From assembly GCA_963710755.1 (NCBI GenBank), contig CAVQBK010000002.1, forward strand, positions 128,001 to 192,000: a stretch of 64,000 nucleotides of DNA, given 5' to 3'. The stretch's first letter is position 1. Every line of letters begins with the position of its first letter. This document shows, one piece after another, positions 32,555-41,521 of the stretch. The notes under the pieces were generated by a model. That model was not told the DNA's origin, did no database searches, and worked only from the letters and a program-made list of their open reading frames with translations. The position numbers were made by a program, and so were the translations under genes. This DNA comes from an uncultured bacterium (GTDB taxonomy: Bacteria; Oederibacteriota; JAAXVQ01; JAUVAV01).

Positions 32555-33088
32555 CTATTCTTTCTCCACCTGCACGAATTCCAACTCCACTGGTGTCGGC
32601 CGGCCAAAGATGGAGACCATCACTTTTAATTTACCCCGTTCCAGATTGACCTCTTCCACCACCCCAGTAAAATTGGTAAAGGGCCCGTCAATAACTTTGA
32701 CTTTTTCGCCGTGCTCAAACAACACTTTGGGTTTGGGCTTGGACTTGCGCGCCCCTGAAACCTGGCCCAAAATGCCTTGGATCTCTTCATCGGTTAATGG
32801 CGTAGGTGTATTACCTGACCCCACAAATCCCGTAACCTTGGGGGTGTTACGTACCACATACCAGGCTTCATCACTGATATCCATTTCCACCAGCACATAG
32901 CCTGGAAAAAATCGTTTGGTGGATATTTTCTTCTTGCCACCGCGGATCTCCGCCACCTCTTCCGAAGGCACCAATACACGGAAGATTTTTTCCTCCATGT
33001 TCATGGATTTTATCCGTTGTTCTAAATTGGTTTTAACCTTATTCTCATTTCCGGAATAGGTATTGATGACATACCATTTGGGAGCCAC
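32555..33088 (-). CDS. nusG: transcription termination/antitermination factor NusG
   Basis: [35 protein letters not shown] domain [15 protein letters not shown]. Confidence 0.98.
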   Translation of the reverse strand: MAPKWYVINTYSGNENKVKTNLEQRIKSMNMEEKIFRVLVPSEEVAEIRGGKKKISTKRFFPGYVLVEMDISDEAWYVVRNTPKVTGFVGSGNTPTPLTDEEIQGILGQVSGARKSKPKPKVLFEHGEKVKVIDGPFTNFTGVVEEVNLERGKLKVMVSIFGRPTPVELEFVQVEKE

Positions 33089-33100
33089 ACCGTCACCTCA

Positions 33101-33283
33101 TCAAACTAACAATTTAAAGACAATGGTCAACAAAAAGTCAAAAAGGGCTATAAACAACATGATCACTCCCACCACAATAAACACAACTGTGGTGGATCCT
33201 AAAATTTCCTTACGACCGGGCCACGTTACCCGTTTTAGTTCTGCATAGGATTCACGTAAAAATGTCATTAACGTTTTGAACAC
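33101..33283 (-). CDS. secE: preprotein translocase SecE
   Basis: ELKRVTWP plus one TM helix; upstream of nusG. Confidence 0.95.
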   Translation of the reverse strand: MFKTLMTFLRESYAELKRVTWPGRKEILGSTTVVFIVVGVIMLFIALFDFLLTIVFKLLV

Positions 33284-33506
33284 CTTGTTACCTCTTCTTA
33301 GCCATGCCTTTTAATAAAATATCGTCCAGCTAACTTTCCGGTACTTTGTCCTGAACTGTTGAAACGCATTATTTTAAAATGCATTTCCTTCCTAAGGCCA
33401 GCTGCGGATATTTGCATTCACGAAATAACTTTAATCCATTCTTGGCCAGTGCGTCTGTGGGCATACCTACCGCTTGTAACGCGTCCTCATCCCCACAAAG
33501 ATTGGT

Positions 33507-33583
33507 TGGCAGGCCAGGTTGGATTCGAACCAACAACACCCGGTTTTGGAGACCGGTGCTCTAGCCGTTGGAGCTACTGGCCT
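33507..33583 (-). tRNA. tRNA-Trp(CCA)
   Basis: Reverse complement aggccagtagctcc...ggtctCCAaaacc...ggttcgaatcc...ggcctgcca; CCA end encoded. Confidence 0.96.
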
Positions 33584-33678
33584 GTATCAATCAGCATCAG
33601 CAAGCCACCATCCCTGGGCCTGACAACACAAGGCCTGGCCCAGCGCATAGCCGGTGCCAAGCCTTGTGTCTGACTTGG

Positions 33679-33828
33679 TTATTTGGTTTCTTTATGCAGC
33701 GTATGTTTACCGCAAGCACGACAGAATTTTTTTAGCTGTAGCTTGTCCGGTGTTTTACGCTTGTCTTTTCTGGTCACATAATTCCGCCGCTTGCAATCGG
33801 AACATCCTAAATAAATAATTTCACGCAT
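33679..33828 (-). CDS. rpmG: 50S ribosomal protein L33 (Zn-binding type)
   Basis: Not in the ORF track; manual translation [49 protein letters not shown]. Confidence 0.96.
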   Translation of the reverse strand: MREIIYLGCSDCKRRNYVTRKDKRKTPDKLQLKKFCRACGKHTLHKETK

Positions 33829-33852
33829 CTGCTTAACCTCGGTTCACGCTGA

Positions 33853-35055
33853 CTATTCAATAATTTCGGAAATAACACCGGCACCGACCGTATGCCCGCC
33901 TTCGCGAATAGCAAAGCGCAGCTCTTTTTCCATTGCGATCGGGGTGATCAATTCCACTTCCATGCTCACATTGTCACCAGGCATCACCATTTCCACACCT
34001 GCCGGCAACTTGATCGAGCCGGTCACATCGGTTGTCCGGAAATAAAACTGCGGACGATAGTTGTTGAAAAACGGCGTGTGACGACCGCCTTCCTCTTTCT
34101 TCAGTACGTACACTTCCCCTTTGAACTTCCGGTGCGGTGTGATCGTTCCCGGTTGGGCAATGACCTGCCCGCGTTCGATTTCTTCCTTATCCACCCCGCG
34201 CAGCAGCACGCCTATATTGTCACCTGCCTGGGCTTCGTCCAACAGCTTGCGGAACATTTCCACGCCCGTGACCACGCTCTTTTTCGTATCCGTGATCCCA
34301 ACGATTTCCACGTTGTCCCCGACTTTCACCTTGCCCCGTTCCACGCGACCCGTGGCCACCGTGCCACGGCCGGTGATCGAGAATACGTCTTCCACCGCCA
34401 TCAAGAACGGCTTGTCCACATCGCGCACCGGCGTCGGGATATACTCATCCACCGCATCCACCAATTTCTGGATCGGCTCCCATTCCGGACCTTCAAACAC
34501 GCCGGTCAGACCTTTTTCCATGGCTTTCAACGCGCTGCCACGGATAATCGGCGTTTCGTCTCCGTCGAATTCGTACTTGTTCAGCAGTTCCCGAACTTCC
34601 ATTTCCACCAAATCCAACAATTCCGGATCATCCACCTGGTCGGTCTTGTTCATGAACACCACGATACGGGGTACGCCCACCTGACGGGCCAGCAGGATGT
34701 GTTCCCGCGTCTGTGGCATCGGTCCATCCGAGGCTGATACCAACAGAATCGCGCCGTCCATCTGCGCTGCTCCGGTAATCATGTTTTTAATATAGTCCGC
34801 GTGACCAGGGCAGTCCACGTGCGCATAATGCCGCTTCTCGGTCTCGTATTCCACGTGCGCTGTGTTGATCGTTATACCACGCGCCTTTTCTTCCGGCGCA
34901 TTGTCGATTTCATCATACTTCTTTACCGACGCCCCGCCCTTGCTCGACAAGTACATCGTGATTGTCGCCGTCAATGTCGTCTTGCCATGGTCTACGTGCC
35001 CGATGGTTCCGATATTAACGTGCGGTTTTGTACGTTCAAATTTTTCTTTTGCCAT
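33853..35055 (-). CDS. tuf: elongation factor Tu (tufB position)
   Basis: [31 protein letters not shown]. Confidence 0.99.
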   Translation of the reverse strand: MAKEKFERTKPHVNIGTIGHVDHGKTTLTATITMYLSSKGGASVKKYDEIDNAPEEKARGITINTAHVEYETEKRHYAHVDCPGHADYIKNMITGAAQMDGAILLVSASDGPMPQTREHILLARQVGVPRIVVFMNKTDQVDDPELLDLVEMEVRELLNKYEFDGDETPIIRGSALKAMEKGLTGVFEGPEWEPIQKLVDAVDEYIPTPVRDVDKPFLMAVEDVFSITGRGTVATGRVERGKVKVGDNVEIVGITDTKKSVVTGVEMFRKLLDEAQAGDNIGVLLRGVDKEEIERGQVIAQPGTITPHRKFKGEVYVLKKEEGGRHTPFFNNYRPQFYFRTTDVTGSIKLPAGVEMVMPGDNVSMEVELITPIAMEKELRFAIREGGHTVGAGVISEIIE

Positions 35056-35147
35056 CTTTTTTTCCCCCTGTTAGTCTCTCGGCGTTATCCAAAACGCCAC
35101 AACTATATGGACCATTGCCGCTGGTCTGCGAGCGGTTATTGATATCG

Positions 35148-35223
<76 letters not shown>

Positions 35224-35369
35224 GTAACAATTGCCATTTGGTCACCGTGCAACACAAAAAAACCGGAGTTCCGCCAAGCATTGCAGGATGGTGCCAGTGC
35301 AAAGGGCCGGAAATGCAAGAACTGTGGGTGGTCCCCCGGGCTCAGCCCGGAAGCTCTACAGAGGCTAAG

Positions 35370-35398
35370 AAAATAACAAAACACCTAACCAATGTCAA
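35370..35398 (-). promoter_or_regulatory. sigma70-type promoter for tRNA-Thr/tuf
   Basis: Minus strand TTGACA-17 nt-TATTTT with TG extension and AT-rich upstream element. Confidence 0.65.
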
Positions 35399-35500
35399 TG
35401 CTTTTTTCTTAAATAGAAAAAGTTTTTATTGGTTTGGTCCTTTGGATTTAGCCTTAGGACGACTTGGTAAAGGGCTTCCCAATTTTAAGACCGTTCGATT

Positions 35501-36589
35501 TTATTTCATCGCCAGAGGATCATAGGATGGTAAAAAGGACAATGAAAAAGACAGCCGATGGGTCAGCCCCAATTCGCCGTAAGGCACAAAAGCATAATCC
35601 AATTGGTATCGCAGCAATTGGGAAGTTACGGTAATGCCGAATCCTGTTGTCAGACCAGCCAGCGCATCTAGGTCTTTGATGGCTGAACCGACTTTGTACC
35701 CCAGACGAACCGCCACTTGCGCATAGTTTGTTTGATGGGCAAATTCACCGCCAAAAGAAACACTGATGTTGTTGTCATTGGGGATGGTGATATCAGCGGC
35801 CAAAGTGCCCTTGCCCATAGCCGTGAATAAATCCTGGGCAACGTATCCCACACCAACCTTCAAATTGATGGGCAGGGTTTTATCCGTGGTTAAGCCCAAA
35901 TTTTGGGCCACCAGACCGAGCCGCCAACCCTGGTCCCGCACAGCATGCTCCATCACTTGCGCCAGTGTCAAGGTGGAAGCCGAGGTGACAGCGGTTGATT
36001 TTATTTCCTGGGTCTCTTTCCATAACAGGGCTAAATCGACGGCTCCTCCAAAAATAGCCACATCCTGCAAGCTTTCCGTCACCAAGCGCAGATTGGCGCC
36101 CACCAAGACATTTTTCAAGAACTCATCGGTTAGTGGGACCAAATGAGATAATTTTTGACTATAACCGCCAACCAGGGCAAAACTGACTGGCGAAATTTGG
36201 GCGCCTTCACCCGCGTAGGCACCGGTGGAGGTTTCCAATGTTTCCGTAACCGGGCCGCTGTGAAAAATAGTCAGCCCACCGGCCACGGTGCCCAAGCGAT
36301 CCAAAGGCATGCCAAAAGCCAGGTACTCTGCTCCCAGATCCTGGAACCAAAAGGTATGGGCAAAATTGGCGGTCGGTGATTCCAATTGCACCAGTCCCGC
36401 AGGATTCCAATTCAAAGCATCCAACCCATCCCCTAGGGATACATAGGTGTCGGCCATGGCAATGGCGCGCACACCTTGGCCGGCTTTAAGAAAATTGGAG
36501 CTGGTACTGCCGGGACCTTCGGCCAGCAACACCCCATTCAAAAAGATGAAGACCAAGCCGCAAATTATTAGTTTAAGTTGCCTGTTCAT
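35501..36589 (-). CDS. PorV/PorQ-like outer-membrane beta-barrel
   Basis: Signal peptide; FLKAGQGVRAIAMAD...ALNWNPAGL N-terminal motif; C-terminal LDYAFVPYGELGLTHRLSF. Confidence 0.8.
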   Translation of the reverse strand: MNRQLKLIICGLVFIFLNGVLLAEGPGSTSSNFLKAGQGVRAIAMADTYVSLGDGLDALNWNPAGLVQLESPTANFAHTFWFQDLGAEYLAFGMPLDRLGTVAGGLTIFHSGPVTETLETSTGAYAGEGAQISPVSFALVGGYSQKLSHLVPLTDEFLKNVLVGANLRLVTESLQDVAIFGGAVDLALLWKETQEIKSTAVTSASTLTLAQVMEHAVRDQGWRLGLVAQNLGLTTDKTLPINLKVGVGYVAQDLFTAMGKGTLAADITIPNDNNISVSFGGEFAHQTNYAQVAVRLGYKVGSAIKDLDALAGLTTGFGITVTSQLLRYQLDYAFVPYGELGLTHRLSFSLSFLPSYDPLAMK

Positions 36590-36804
36590 ATAACCCCTTA
36601 CCCTCCCTCAATTAAAGCCTTGCCTGTCCGGCAGCAGCCTGAGTAATGAGTCCGTGTTCAATCTAAGTAATTATGAAAAGCAGGACTCGGCCGACAATCA
36701 ATCCGATAGTCTTGCTGGTCCCATCCGTTAATCCGTCAGCAATGTGTCTGAACGTCTAGCTTAACGGTTATTTTTTTATTCGTCACCTTTTTTTTCAAGA
36801 AATG

Positions 36805-37689
36805 TTATTTGCGCCATTGGCGCCAGCGGCGATGCCCCCAAAACCATTGCTCTGGATATCGCCACACCCATTGCGCCACCTGCTGATTGGTGGACCGCAC
36901 AATATGTTCCAAACGCTCTTCATAAGAGCCCGTTGCGGGTACCTCCAGGGCTGGTTCTAAGACCACACGCAACGTGTTTTTTGGTTCGCGATAACAAAAG
37001 GCAGGAACCAGCGCTGCCTGGCTTTTTAAAACCATGTTGCCTGCCCCCAAACTGGACCTAGCCGGTTGTCCCATAAAGTCCACCAGCACCCCACCGCTTT
37101 CCACCTGGTCAATAAGCACGCCTAGCACGCCCTGTTTCTTAAGGTGGGCGTAAGCATGGTAGGCACATAAATGGCGGGGATTGTCGGCAATGGCTTGAAG
37201 GCCAATACGCCCCAGCAACCAATCGTACAGGTCTGCCACCCATGGTTGGGAAGGCCGTCGGTATAAAAACTTGACATGATGCTGGCGGCTTAAAGCTGCG
37301 GCCAGCACATAAAAATTGCCCAGATGCCCGGAGAATATAACCGCGCCATGGCCTGCGCCTAAGGCTTGCGCCAAATGCTGCTGGCCATCCAACTGGACGA
37401 GCCGATCCAAGCGGTTGGGGTTGGCGGCCAGGTACAGCAGTTCCATAGCCCCTGCGCCCAAATGCCTGAAATTGTTTGATGCCAGCTGCTGTTGTTGCAA
37501 AGGTGTCAATTGCTGTCCATAAATCAAGGCCAAATTATCCAGGGCCACTTGAGCCCGGCTTTTCATCAAGCGAAATAACCACCCGCCCAGCGCACGGCCC
37601 AAAAGCAGGCACAATCGATGGGGCACCAGTTTCATAATCCCCAACAACCCCATAATCAAGCCTTTAAGCATATAATATCGAATTTTCAT
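36805..37689 (-). CDS. LpxL-like lysophospholipid/lipid A acyltransferase
   Basis: N-terminal anchor, GHLGNF, LGVLIDQ, VDFMG.PA, YPEQWFWGHRRW. Confidence 0.88.
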   Translation of the reverse strand: MKIRYYMLKGLIMGLLGIMKLVPHRLCLLLGRALGGWLFRLMKSRAQVALDNLALIYGQQLTPLQQQQLASNNFRHLGAGAMELLYLAANPNRLDRLVQLDGQQHLAQALGAGHGAVIFSGHLGNFYVLAAALSRQHHVKFLYRRPSQPWVADLYDWLLGRIGLQAIADNPRHLCAYHAYAHLKKQGVLGVLIDQVESGGVLVDFMGQPARSSLGAGNMVLKSQAALVPAFCYREPKNTLRVVLEPALEVPATGSYEERLEHIVRSTNQQVAQWVWRYPEQWFWGHRRWRQWRK

Positions 37690-37696
37690 TATCAGC

Positions 37697-38764
37697 TTAA
37701 TCCTTGACCAGCAGGTGAACAGTGGTCAGTCCCCAGGGATCCGTTGCCATGACCAAAAGCCGCTTGCCGGAAAAGGACTGGGAGCGTTCGCGATGATCAT
37801 AGGGGCTGTCCTGCTTGGGCTGTTGGCCGGGCCAAATGGATGTGGCCAAAATTTGGGTGGCAATCACCGCAGCCATTGTCTCGGCTGCGCCACCCAGTAG
37901 GCCGCACGTACTTTCCACATGGAATACGGGCAGAGAAGACCAATGCTGAAACAGGGTATCTCCCAACATGAAACGATAATCATCCAACCTATGGGTACTG
38001 GTGGACAGAACCACACCATCGATTTGAGGTAGGCTCAATTGGTGACGTTCCAGCAGGGTTAAAATTTTGGTTTCCAGCCCGATGTCAGCCCGATTGGCCT
38101 CGAGTTTACTATAATGAGCGGCATAACCAAGGTACCAGGCCAGTGGTTTTACAGCAGAGTCCGCGGACATTAACAAGGCGGCCGCGCCTTCAGCATTCAC
38201 CAGACCGGAAGCTTTAGTGTCAATTAATTGCTGCTGATAAGATGATAATTCGTCCACCCCAGCTGAAACCATAAGCTGTGCCCGCTTCAACACCAGGGCA
38301 TCAAAGGCTTCACCTAAGGCACCGAATTCTCCCAAGGTATTGTTATACCCTTTGATTTGGCTTTCTATACAGGCATACCCGCTGCAGGCATTGAAGGCAG
38401 TATTAGGATAGTCCATGGGATTAGCCCGACCTGGGCCGGATTTGAAAACACGCATCATGAATTCCATAATACTGTTAAAAATACTGAAATGGGTGCTGGT
38501 GCATATGCCCATGGTTTCCGCGCTGATGGCCGTGGTCTCTCTAAGCCGGTTTACCATTGTTTTGGTACAAAGTGTAAGCAAGCGGGTGACACGGTCCATA
38601 CGGCGCAAACGTTCTTCGGTAATAAGCGCCATTTGCTCCAAAGACTCCAGCACCATGGAAGCAGGATGGTGCCCTTCCAGTACCGCACGCCAGAAAGCGT
38701 CCACGCCCTGGCCCAAGGCATGCAGGACTTCAACCTGAATAATAGCCTTGCGCTCGTGCTTCAT
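37697..38764 (-). CDS. non-catalytic ketosynthase-like (chain-length-factor-like) protein
   Basis: LRRMDRVTRL, ANPMDYPNTAFNA.SG, GYNNTL, AGVDE, EGAAALL. No Cys at the active-site position and no HGTGT/GH motifs; ATGA-coupled to the KS gene. Confidence 0.78.
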   Translation of the reverse strand: MKHERKAIIQVEVLHALGQGVDAFWRAVLEGHHPASMVLESLEQMALITEERLRRMDRVTRLLTLCTKTMVNRLRETTAISAETMGICTSTHFSIFNSIMEFMMRVFKSGPGRANPMDYPNTAFNACSGYACIESQIKGYNNTLGEFGALGEAFDALVLKRAQLMVSAGVDELSSYQQQLIDTKASGLVNAEGAAALLMSADSAVKPLAWYLGYAAHYSKLEANRADIGLETKILTLLERHQLSLPQIDGVVLSTSTHRLDDYRFMLGDTLFQHWSSLPVFHVESTCGLLGGAAETMAAVIATQILATSIWPGQQPKQDSPYDHRERSQSFSGKRLLVMATDPWGLTTVHLLVKD

Positions 38765-39975
38765 TCCCCCTCCTTCTTAAGCAGGTCAGGATGGCCAAAG
38801 ATCAGGCTGGCATCATTACCCCCAAAACCAAAAGAATTGGAAAGCACCACCTTCACTAAGGAAGGTCGGGCTTGATAGGGAACATAATCCAAATCACAAT
38901 CGCTATCTCCCGGCTGGTAATTCAATGTTGGTGGAATGGTTTGGTGAACCAGGGCCAGTACCGAGGCCACAGCTTCCAGGGCGCCGGCAGCACCCATACA
39001 ATGACCAATGGCGGCTTTGATGGACGAGATCGGCAGGGTTTTGGCCGTCTCCCCAAAAACGGTTTTAATGGCCAGCGTTTCCATCTTATCATTCTGAGTG
39101 GTACCCGTACCGTGAGCATTAATATAATCGATGGCATTGGGCTGCAGACCGGCATCCCTTAATGCAGCTTGCATGGCCCGAGCCGCACCCTTTCCTTCCG
39201 GTTCAGGTGAGGTTATATGGTAAGCATCTTCCGACAAGCCCGACCCCAACAAGAGGGCCAAAGGCACAGCCCCTCTTTGCTGCGCATGGGCCGCGCTTTC
39301 CAATATCAAAATCCCCGCACCTTCGCCTATGATCAGGCCTTCCCGACCTTTGGAAAAAGGGCTGCATTGAGTGGCCGCTGCGGAACGAATGGCATTAAAC
39401 CCGGAAAAGGTAATTTGATTAAAAGCTTCCGCCCCACCGGCTACCATGACGTCGGCATGCCCCAAACGGATCAAATCAGCCGCACGGCTGATGGCCGCAG
39501 CTGAGGCTGCGCAGGCAATACCAGAAGTCACTACCGGACCGTTAAGCGCCCATTGAGAGGCCAAAAACCGGGAAAGGCTGGTCATAAGGAAATGAGGATA
39601 AAACGGGGCAACGGCAATATCTTTATGTTGATGGACCTGAGCTTGGACGCCCCATTCTACACTGTTCAAGCCTGCCAATAAAGATCCCAAGGCCACACCG
39701 GTGCGTTGAGGATTAATGCTTAATTTGGCCTGGGCCAGCGCTTCCCCAGCCGCTTGGGCAACCAGGTTAAAGACACGGTCCGCATGATTCTGAATTGGCA
39801 GAGGTTCCTTGACTTCGCAGCCAAGATGGGTCCGCCAGGCTGTGCTGTCAAAAGCCTGAATGGGCGCGGCCGCAGATTGCCCGGCCACCAAAGCTTCCCA
39901 AAAACTGGCGGTATCGTGACCCAACCCATTGATGGCCCCCACTCCGGTAATGACCACAGGTGCATTAGTAGACAT
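38761..39975 (-). CDS. beta-ketoacyl-ACP synthase (FabF-type KS)
   Basis: VVITGVG, IACAAS (catalytic Cys), NAHGTGT, IGHCMGAAG, SNSFGFGGND. Confidence 0.95.
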   Translation of the reverse strand: MSTNAPVVITGVGAINGLGHDTASFWEALVAGQSAAAPIQAFDSTAWRTHLGCEVKEPLPIQNHADRVFNLVAQAAGEALAQAKLSINPQRTGVALGSLLAGLNSVEWGVQAQVHQHKDIAVAPFYPHFLMTSLSRFLASQWALNGPVVTSGIACAASAAAISRAADLIRLGHADVMVAGGAEAFNQITFSGFNAIRSAAATQCSPFSKGREGLIIGEGAGILILESAAHAQQRGAVPLALLLGSGLSEDAYHITSPEPEGKGAARAMQAALRDAGLQPNAIDYINAHGTGTTQNDKMETLAIKTVFGETAKTLPISSIKAAIGHCMGAAGALEAVASVLALVHQTIPPTLNYQPGDSDCDLDYVPYQARPSLVKVVLSNSFGFGGNDASLIFGHPDLLKKEGE

Positions 39976-40041
39976 AAGTTCAATCCTTCATATGATTTCA
40001 TTTTTCCCAGAAGCTTGCAGCCAAAGACCGTACCTTTTATT

Positions 40042-40126
40042 GTAACTACTCAGGTCTCTTGCGCATCTAAGCCACCAAAGGTGCGTTATCTACACTCAGT
40101 ATGCGTGAAATAACCTGAGTAGTTAC
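40042..40126. mobile_element. 85-bp MITE with perfect 14-bp TIRs and 8-bp target-site duplication
   Basis: TIRs gtaactactcaggt (40042-40055) and acctgagtagttac (40113-40126); direct repeat cttttatt at 40034-40041 and 40127-40134. Confidence 0.85.
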
Positions 40127-40230
40127 CTTTTATTTAGTTCCTGCTGTGGAAAGGACTTTTTTACAAAACAACTTACTGGTGTTGCAGCAAGAACTATTTA
40201 AATAAAATGAGCCGTCCGCACAGTAGGTCC

Positions 40231-40482
40231 TTAGCTCTTTTTACTTTCCACAAAAGCAGCAATATCCGCCACAGAATTCAGTTGTTGCACTTCATTATCA
40301 GCAATACTGAGATCAAATTTTTCTTCAATGGCCGTGACCAGGGTTAGAATATCCACCGAATCCAGGCCCAATCCGCCACCAAACAGATTATCTTGATCGG
40401 CAATGCTCTCCGGCGCCCGGTTCAATTTGAGTTCTTCCACAATCATTTTTTTGATGGTCATGGCCAGCGATTCTGTCATCAT
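40231..40482 (-). CDS. acyl carrier protein
   Basis: LFGGGLGLDSVDIL (phosphopantetheine Ser), acidic, 83 aa; GGAGG RBS. Confidence 0.93.
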   Translation of the reverse strand: MMTESLAMTIKKMIVEELKLNRAPESIADQDNLFGGGLGLDSVDILTLVTAIEEKFDLSIADNEVQQLNSVADIAAFVESKKS

Positions 40483-40586
40483 GGGTTGCCTCCGCGCAAT
40501 GGCTTCAATTTGTTATGATGATATTGGGACGATGCATTGAAACCAGAATAAACCTCCAGCCCCAGGAGGCTGGAAAATAAATGATA

Positions 40587-40615
40587 ACTATAAAACAGTC
40601 GGAACCGGACGTCAA
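40587..40615 (-). promoter_or_regulatory. sigma70-type promoter of the ACP-KS cluster
   Basis: Minus strand TTGACG-17 nt-TATAGT. Confidence 0.65.
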
Positions 40616-40733
40616 CTAACGAATCAGGCCCAGCTGGTGATGACATCGGATTCCTGAGGCTAACGAACGCCAAAGACCTGGCCATGGACAAATGATCTCA
40701 TACAGGAACAAGGAAGGCATTTAGAAGTCACAT

Positions 40734-40808
40734 TGGAGCGGGGGACGGGGATCGAACCCGCGACGTTCAGCTTGGAAGGCTGACATTCTACCACTGAATT
40801 ACCCCCGC
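40734..40808 (-). tRNA. tRNA-Gly(TCC)
   Basis: Reverse complement gcgggggtaattcag...gcctTCCaagc...ggttcgatccc...ccgctcca. Confidence 0.96.
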
Positions 40809-40869
40809 CAGGCGAGTCGGTAAACTAGAGAGCCTGTAATAAAACAAGCGCCCGCAACCCCTAAATTGA

Positions 40870-40956
40870 TGGTGGACAGGGAAGGATTTGAACCTTCGTA
40901 GGGCGTCGCCCGACAGATTTACAGTCTGTTGCCATTGACCGCTCGGCCACCTGTCC
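40870..40956 (-). tRNA. tRNA-Tyr(GTA)
   Basis: Reverse complement ggacaggtggccgagcgg...gactGTAaatc, long variable arm, ggttcaaatcc...tgtccacca. Confidence 0.96.
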
Positions 40957-41092
40957 CCAATGGTTTAAAAGAGCAAATAGTTTATAAAAAAATCATCACC
41001 CTGTAAAGGATTTTCCTTCACTTTAGAGACGATCAGTGTTCCTGCCGGAAGGCCCCCGGCATGAACATCATCACTATAAGCAGCGATGGGAA

Positions 41093-41168
41093 TGGAGCCA
41101 CCAGTCGGAATCGAACCAACGACCATCCGCTTACAAGGCGGGCGCTCTACCAACTGAGCTATGGTGGC
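41093..41168 (-). tRNA. tRNA-Thr(TGT)
   Basis: Reverse complement gccaccatagctcag...ccttGTaag (anticodon TGT)...ggttcgattcc...ggtggctcca. Confidence 0.96.
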
Positions 41169-41521
41169 TCGGGCCGGGTAATTATATACACCAAAACAGT
41201 CATTATTGCAATCCTGATCTCGGGTCCTAAGCAGGTGTGAGCTGGATTGAAAAGGAGGAGCACAAAATCTATCGCCAACACCCATTGCCAAGCATGGGTT
41301 TAACAACGGCACAACCCTTGGTTCTGGTGAAGAGCATGACTGTTCGGCCTATAAAACAGGTTTACAGCTTGGTCACCTCAGATTAAGTTTACATTGATTT
41401 TTTCAGTATTTCACGCGACAATAAATCAACCTTCATCACCTTGGTGCCTTATAAACGTCTTACCTTCTTCATCATGGTCGTGGTCAAGCGGCTTGCGCAT
41501 ACTAACGTTGGAGTATTTTAG

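Noticed and set aside
33358-33463. Possible 31-aa minus-strand ORF (MPTDALAKNG...) between tRNA-Trp and secE
   Set aside because: Weak RBS, no recognisable similarity; not supportable.
33892-34737. 281-aa and 187-aa + strand ORFs (duplicated at 61755-62600)
   Set aside because: Antisense shadows of the two tuf genes caused by codon bias; no motifs or RBS.
35224-35500. att-site duplication of the tRNA-Gly 3' end, or an integrase for the lipid block
   Set aside because: Searched by eye; neither was found, so the block is not called a mobile element.
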